Assembly: GCA_964016885.1 (NCBI GenBank)
Contig: OZ024741.1
Coordinates: forward strand, 327,918,001-327,982,000
Length of the DNA stretch: 64,000 nucleotides
From: Eledone cirrhosa
Taxonomy: Eukaryota
Reading direction: 5' to 3'
Shown: piece after piece, positions 59,937-64,000 of the stretch
Position numbering within the stretch: position 1 is the stretch's first letter
Layout: every line of letters starts with the position of its first letter
The notes under the pieces: model-generated
Told to the model about the DNA's origin: nothing
Database searches by the model: none
Seen by the model: only the letters and a program-made list of their open reading frames with translations
Position numbers and translations under genes: made by a program

Positions 59937-60116
59937 AACGAGAGTGGGCTGAAATGTTCATAGGCTGACTAATAAGGAGTGATGCTAGCGGTTTGAAATC
60001 TCCATGCATTAATTTCATCTCTTCATATTGTTCATTTTCAGGGATTATGTTGAAAAATTAACCTCACTTCGTAATTCCAAGCGTGTATCTTGGTCAGCCA
60101 ATGAACATTTCAGCCT
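59937..60116. mobile_element. Mariner-type MITE
   Basis: ~23-bp TIRs ggctgaaatgttcataggctgac / gtcagccaatgaacatttcagcc around ~130 bp of non-coding sequence. Confidence 0.65.
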
Positions 60117-61089
60117 ATGGACTTTTCAGGCGACCTTCGTTCTGTGAATGATAACGCTTAATTTCAAATAAATTGGTGACTATTGAACGCATCATCATTC
60201 GTTTTTTCGCCTTTTGACATATCCGGACAAATCATTCTGCACATTTGTTGTTAATTAACTTTGTTATGCGATGTTACTGCTGTTCTTTGTTTTGTTTTGT
60301 TTTTACATTTTATATTATTTTGTTGTTAAATTAAACGGGATGCTGATGAACCGGTCGGTTTTCTTCTTTCTGGCTCATTTCGCATACATAATCCCACCAA
60401 AATTCTATTTTGAGAAAAACATGGCTGATGAAAAAAGGTCATCCGCTGAGGAAAATTACAACAGATTATCAAAAGCATGTGAAGCAAGTGCAAATTACAA
60501 AATTAATTTCCCACCATTAGAAAAATCTGTTACTGCCACCATGACCAACACCGCCAAAACAACAACACAAATTTAACACAACTAAAAACATCAAAACTAG
60601 CACCAACAATAACATCACCTACAATAACAACACCATCCCCATTACCACAGTGTTAAAAACCATATTGGCAACAACAACAATGATAACAACAATAACACAT
60701 TTGTAGAGACGGCTGCAAAAGCAATAGAAGGTTTTGTCTTATTAAATTAGTAAAAAATCTTGGTCATATGGAAACCGAGACTGGGTGCTTGGCTTCCCTA
60801 ATGCGGTGAAGCGCTCACAATCCTCTACCAGTTCGGTAATGTGGTCTGTGAAAATTCCACATTAGAGTTCTATAGCCGACTAGTGGTGGGTAAGAGTAAC
60901 GATGAGAATAAGTCAACTAAACTACGCCGAAGAAACCTCGGTCAGTAGACTATTGTCAATTTGGTCAATTTCCAGAAATCCCTGTTCTGACAGTACTATC
61001 GATGGCGATTTTGGACGCATTCTAAAGTTAGGAAGGACTATTAGATGTAGTTGTCCGAGGTGCGGAATTAGTATTAATATCATTAATGA

Positions 61090-61290
61090 ATTGACAGATT
61101 CGGTAGAGCGTCGGACCACATGGTTAGTGGCACAGAGTTATGGCCGTTTGTCTTCTGAGTTCAAGTGCCATCGAGGTTAGCTTTGCCTTCCATCTTTACG
61201 GGGTCGATAAAATAAAGAACCAGTAATGAACTGCGGTCGATTTGATCAACTTTTTCTTTCTTCTTCGTTAGCCTTGTGCCTAATTCAGAA
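61090..61290 (+). mobile_element. tRNA-related SINE (8372 family)
   Basis: tcggtagagcgtcggac...ctgagttcaa...ctttgccttccatc..cggggtcgataaaataaag. Confidence 0.8.
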
Positions 61291-61392
61291 AATATCATTA
61301 TTAATATTATTATAATTAACATACGATAACATGTCTTTCCGATCTCACTGTCGAAACGGCCGGAGCTCAGCCGTCGGGGTCCTCACTATTTT

Positions 61393-61466
<74 letters not shown>

Positions 61467-61473
61467 TGTGTGG

Positions 61474-61532
<59 letters not shown>

Positions 61533-61981
61533 TGTGTGTGTAAGTATCTATACATCTATATATTTCGAATATTAATAATAACATTTGATTCGTTTGCAAT
61601 TATGCAAACATGCCTCAATTTAATAGCCATGTCAGTAGAATGAACGATTCATTCTTGCTCTCGTGTTGTAATGTCAACAGAACTGCAGACACTAATGTTT
61701 CTGGAAATAACTCTTTATCAGTACAGTATATGAATCGAATGTTATTATTAATATTCGAAAAACTCAGATTATATTTATAAATATATATATTTATTTTCCT
61801 GAGTTCAGTTTTATTCGTCGTTTGGTCACTGCGGCTCGCCTATCGGTCGCTGTCTTCAATTTGCAAAGCTGTCTAAACGTAATGTTATAACTCTATACCT
61901 TATTGAGTGCTTAGCTGCACACCCCGATTGCATTCGTTAGCTTGGCTGCACCCAGAGCTTCGATTATACTGTACTAAATTT

Positions 61982-62030
<49 letters not shown>

Positions 62031-62104
62031 TTATAAATGTAATAGATATGTAAAAATAGCAGTAAATAAAGGATTTTGAGTTCATGCAATTGACTTATGT
62101 TTCG

Positions 62105-62198
<94 letters not shown>

Positions 62199-62200
<2 letters not shown>

Positions 62201-62258
62201 CCTCGGTTATTTTTTATTTTGTAAAAAAAACCTCACTTTCTAATATATATATATATAC

Positions 62259-62348
<90 letters not shown>

Positions 62349-62386
62349 GTGAGGTTTTTTTTACAAAATGAAAAATAACCGAGGTG
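62199..62386. repeat. Short fold-back: ~45-bp inverted arms around a (TA)n loop
   Basis: acctcggttattttt...cctcactttctaat / attagaaagtgagg...aataaccgaggt. Confidence 0.85.
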
Positions 62387-62407
62387 TCCTACACGAGTGG
62401 AAGTATA

Positions 62408-62701
62408 AAGAAAAAGGGATGAAATCGAAAATGCAACTGAAGTCTTATTTTTTTTTTAAATATATATATTTATTTGGTTCCTTTACCGGTTTCGCAGTTC
62501 TTCTGCTTTTCAAAAGGTGAGTTGAGATGGAGGGTCTGTGGTTTGTCTCACATCTGAGATGTGAGAAAAACCACAGACCCTCCATCTCAACTCACCTTTT
62601 GAAAAGCAGAAGAACTGCGAAACCGGTAAAGGAACCAAATAAATATATATATTTTTAAAAAAAATAAGACTTCAGTTGCATTTTCGATTTCATCCCTTTT
62701 T

Positions 62702-62704
<3 letters not shown>
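62408..62704. mobile_element. ~297-bp near-perfect hairpin with a U3-A8 variant HHR in each arm (62595-62632 plus; 62480-62517 minus)
   Basis: CCUU-UUGAAAA-GCAG-AAGAA-CUGC-GAAAC-CG-GUA/AAGG, then AAUAAA. Confidence 0.85.
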
Positions 62705-62765
<61 letters not shown>

Positions 62766-64000
62766 CATATCATATATATATATATATAAATATATATACA
62801 TACATATCATATATATATATATATATATATATTACTTCAAAATATTAATAAATATAGACATTCATGTGATCATATATATTTTATTATACATAGTTCAGAG
62901 GTACTGAGCTATTTCATCAGTACGTCCTCATCAGATGAAATAAATTGATGTCTGACATACCTCAACTCTGCTGATGATTCAATTCCAGTCTTGGCAGTGA
63001 TTAGTTATGACAAAACTCAATATTTATATACCATAAGTTGTAACATGAAAAAGTACATATAATAGAGAGGGTACGTCGGAAATTGTGTATGAAAAATATA
63101 TAATAATAAATATAATAAGTATATATAAAGGCAAGTAAGAAATATAAACATATAACTACATAACTGTTAAAAATTTAAATAATAAAATATGTATACCTCC
63201 GTATTATAGAAGGAACAAATGAGAGAGCGAGAGAGCTAACTAGAGGAGAGAAAGAAAAGGAAAGAGAGATGATACTAAAACAGATGAAGGGAGATATGTG
63301 TGGTAACATACAATTACATAAGGAGAAGGAGAATCAAGCTATATGATGCGTGACCGTTTTTTTTTCAAATATTAAGTTAATTAGAACTAATCTATTAATT
63401 TAATAACTTGAAATTTTTAGATTATAATATTTGAAAGAACCTATATTATTGTATATTATCAACATTAAAACAAATATATAGTGGAAAGGATGAATTTAAA
63501 TTTAACATAATTCCGAGGGTAATCAAGAGTATATTTAAATTATTAACTATAGTCAATAATTTAGTTAGAAAGATCAAAATTAACAATGTTACTAACTAAA
63601 CATAAAACGTATAAATGTAATAAATATGATATTATTAAACCAGATTTATTTAGATATAAGCATTTGTATAAACTATAAGATTTAAATCGATATTTGTCAA
63701 TTATATATAATATTAATTATTAGTTATAATTACACTTAAGAGTGTTATAATTTTGATTTCACTAGATTTTACTGTATTCAAAATTATACATGGAGTTAGG
63801 TACAGATTATTAATCAATTATAAAACGAAACTTTTATACGATAAATGTAAACAATGTCTTCGTAAGACGTAAACAAATATATAAAGTAATAAAACGGTTT
63901 ACGAGTCTGAAGACATTAGAGGTATCAAATTTATAAGATACAAGGTTTAAAAAATACAAAATCAAAACCAAGTGTATTTAAATAATCTAGAGATGAACAT

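Noticed and set aside
62897-62970. HHR-like pieces on minus (CUGAUGA; GAAAUAGCUC; GAGGUAU/GUACCUC helix) at a probable PLE 3' end
   Set aside because: The core and stem I cannot be assembled into one consistent fold; at best a decayed relic.

Overview
AT-rich, microsatellite-saturated eukaryotic DNA. The SINE types and (TA)n density suggest an octopus or other cephalopod, but this is inference. Almost all long ORFs are retrotransposons. There are at least six Penelope-like element (PLE) lineages: a Naiad-like copy with an open 786-aa RT+GIY-YIG ORF, four YRDD-type copies and one possibly Nematis-like copy. There is also an RTE LINE, a near-intact Tx1-like LINE, CRE-like REL-endonuclease LINE fragments, tRNA-derived SINEs and a mariner-type MITE. 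The most striking signal is non-coding: more than 20 type-I hammerhead-ribozyme (HHR) motifs from roughly a dozen unrelated sequence families, all read by eye. They lie in PLE pseudo-LTRs and in ORF-less 250-620 bp tandem or fold-back units wedged between (TA)n tracts, which look like retrozymes or non-autonomous PLEs. Most have a palindromic minimal stem III (dimer-dependent type). Many share atypical features: a mismatch at the base of stem II (U.U, A.A or C.A), domain II regions of 50-100 nt, or U3-A8 core covariation. Nearly every element occurs as an inverted repeat. A few weak candidate host exons on the minus strand suggest the region may be intronic. Ribozyme activity is unverified, and element boundaries are approximate.
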